The notes below the pieces were generated by a model. The model searched no databases. It was not told where the DNA came from and saw only the letters and a list, made by a program, of their open reading frames with translations. From Octopus sinensis (taxonomy: Eukaryota), in assembly GCF_006345805.1 (NCBI RefSeq), contig NC_042997.1:134602001-134666000 (forward strand): DNA of 64,000 nucleotides, given 5' to 3'. The translations under genes and the position numbers were made by a program. Positions 62,190 through 64,000 of the stretch are shown here, one piece after another (the stretch's first letter is position 1; each line of letters opens with the position of its first letter).

Positions 62190-64000
62190 GTCTATTCTGT
62201 ATTTCATGTAGTTTGTTCTTAGTGCTTGCTCTTGGGCAGCACAGATTAGAGCCTCCGTTTCCGGTTTTAAATCACTTTTAGTCATCCACAGCCACCTTTT
62301 TCTCTGTCTGTCTTATCTTCAACATCCCTATGAAATTTACCCTGCATTCTTTTCTTTGCCTACCTATTTTTAGTTTCATTCGTTTTCAATTTCTTGTATA
62401 TTGCTTTACTTTTGCAATCTTTCACTCTACACAAGCCTGGCTTTCTTACTTCTAAAAATAGCGTTTCTGAGGTATTTTTTACATACCATGCTATGTTGTT
62501 TTCTTCTCCTTTAATGCTGTGTTTGCATCCAATAAGTCCACTTCCCCCTCTTTTTCTTGATACATATATGTCTGTGTCACTTTTTGGGTTGAGCGACCTA
62601 CATCTAGTTAGCAACTTACATGTCTTTCTGTCTAAGCTGTTTAGTTTTTTTACTGTCCATGCGATTACCTCTGCTCCATATCTAAGGAATGAAACCGACC
62701 AGGTGTTATTAGCTTCGATCTTATTCCGTCCTTTTAATTTCGACTTAAGGATCAGTCTCAGTCTGCGCAGGTACTCCACCTTAAATCGTTCTGTCATTTT
62801 ATCCATTTCCAAAATTCCCAAGCACTTATAGCCCGTCTCTTCTATCTGCTTCATAACCTCCCCTGACGGTATCATGAGCCCGTCCATACATTTGATTTTG
62901 CCTTTCTTCAAGACTAACACACCACACTTTCTCAGTTCAAACTCCATTCGGATATCAGCACTGAAGGTATACACCGTATCAACGAAGGAACTGACTTGGG
63001 CTTCATCCTCACCATAAAGTTTGAGATCATCCACGAATAACAAATGGCTGACTTTTTGTTGGCGGCTTTTGAAACATACCCAGCATTTGCTTTCCTCAAG
63101 ATCAGTGTTAATGTCATCAAGCACAGTACAAAGATCAGTGGGGACAGGCAGTCCCCTTGGAAGATGCTCCTCCTAATTTCTACTCCCCGTAAACTTCTTC
63201 CGTATGCTGTCAGGTTCATCCTCCGATTCGTCATACTTTTTCCAAGCAATCGCTCAACATTCGATGCAATACCAAATAGGTTCATACACTCCATAATTCA
63301 AGAATTTGGGATCATATCGTACACCTTACGATAGACGATCCATGACATGGCTAAGTTAGCTTTCCTCCTCTTGCAGTCTCTGAGTACAGTTTTGTCTGTC
63401 AGGTGTTGATCCTTGATACCTCTGCACTGACGCTTGCAACCCTTCTGCTCATGTGGCAGGACTCCATTTTCTTTCAGAAGCTCGTACATTAACTCTGCGA
63501 GTATTCCAGTCGACAACTTCCCCATAAGTGGCAAATAGGATATCGGCATATAATTGTCTACCCTATTGCCTTTTCCGATGTATTTCAGGCACAGCACTGT
63601 CCTACTCAATGTCAACTACTCTGGTATTATTTGGTCGGTATTTAACTAGGTATTGAGTTGCGCAGCTATTCGTGCATGACATTCACCAAAGCCAGTAGCC
63701 TTCAACTCCATCTGGTCCCGGGGCCTTCCAGCTGCTCACTTTTTGCCTATTTTCTTCACTTCCCTAACTGAAATGACTAGTTCTACATGCTTTGGATAGA
63801 ATACTGTTTGCTTCAGTTCTTGCAACCATTCAGCATCCTTCTTGCTCCATCCTCGTCATTGCTCCATATGTCATTCCAAAACCTTTGACTTTCAATGTTA
63901 TCTGGTATCAACTTCCCATCTGTACACTTTCCATGAATTTCTTTATAGAATCTCCTGAGATCTACTCTGAATAACCTCTTCTGATGACAAACCTTCATTC
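62190..64000 (-). mobile_element. R4/Dong-type retrotransposon RT region, frameshifted, running off the window
   Basis: [72 protein letters not shown] and [20 protein letters not shown]. Confidence 0.93.

Overview
Eukaryotic, very AT-rich and microsatellite-rich DNA that looks like cephalopod (probably Octopus) genome. That assignment is inferred from the repeat families and an IL-17-like gene. Only one host gene is convincing: an interleukin-17-like cytokine on the + strand. Its main exon is 19951-20439, and it probably splices to a tiny first coding exon (ATG CTG TAT AAA|GTAAGT, 11868-11879) lying behind a TATA/Inr promoter 8 kb upstream. The rest is mostly transposon debris: at least six Penelope-like (GIY-YIG) fragments, two CR1/L2/Jockey-group LINEs, RTE fragments, R4/Dong-type RLE retrotransposon pieces (several embedded in (TAA)n), a full-length but dead IR/DR Tc1 element (DD34E), mariner fragments, several tRNA-derived SINE families and many foldback palindromes. 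The most notable signals are: four near-canonical type I hammerhead ribozyme folds, some not tied to any autonomous element; a Penelope endonuclease split by a 570-nt low-complexity insert; a LINE whose RT domain is deleted in frame; and 3'-tail sharing between autonomous and non-autonomous retroelements. Most long ORFs in the supplied track are microsatellite artefacts. All calls were made by eye, without database searches, and repeat boundaries are approximate.
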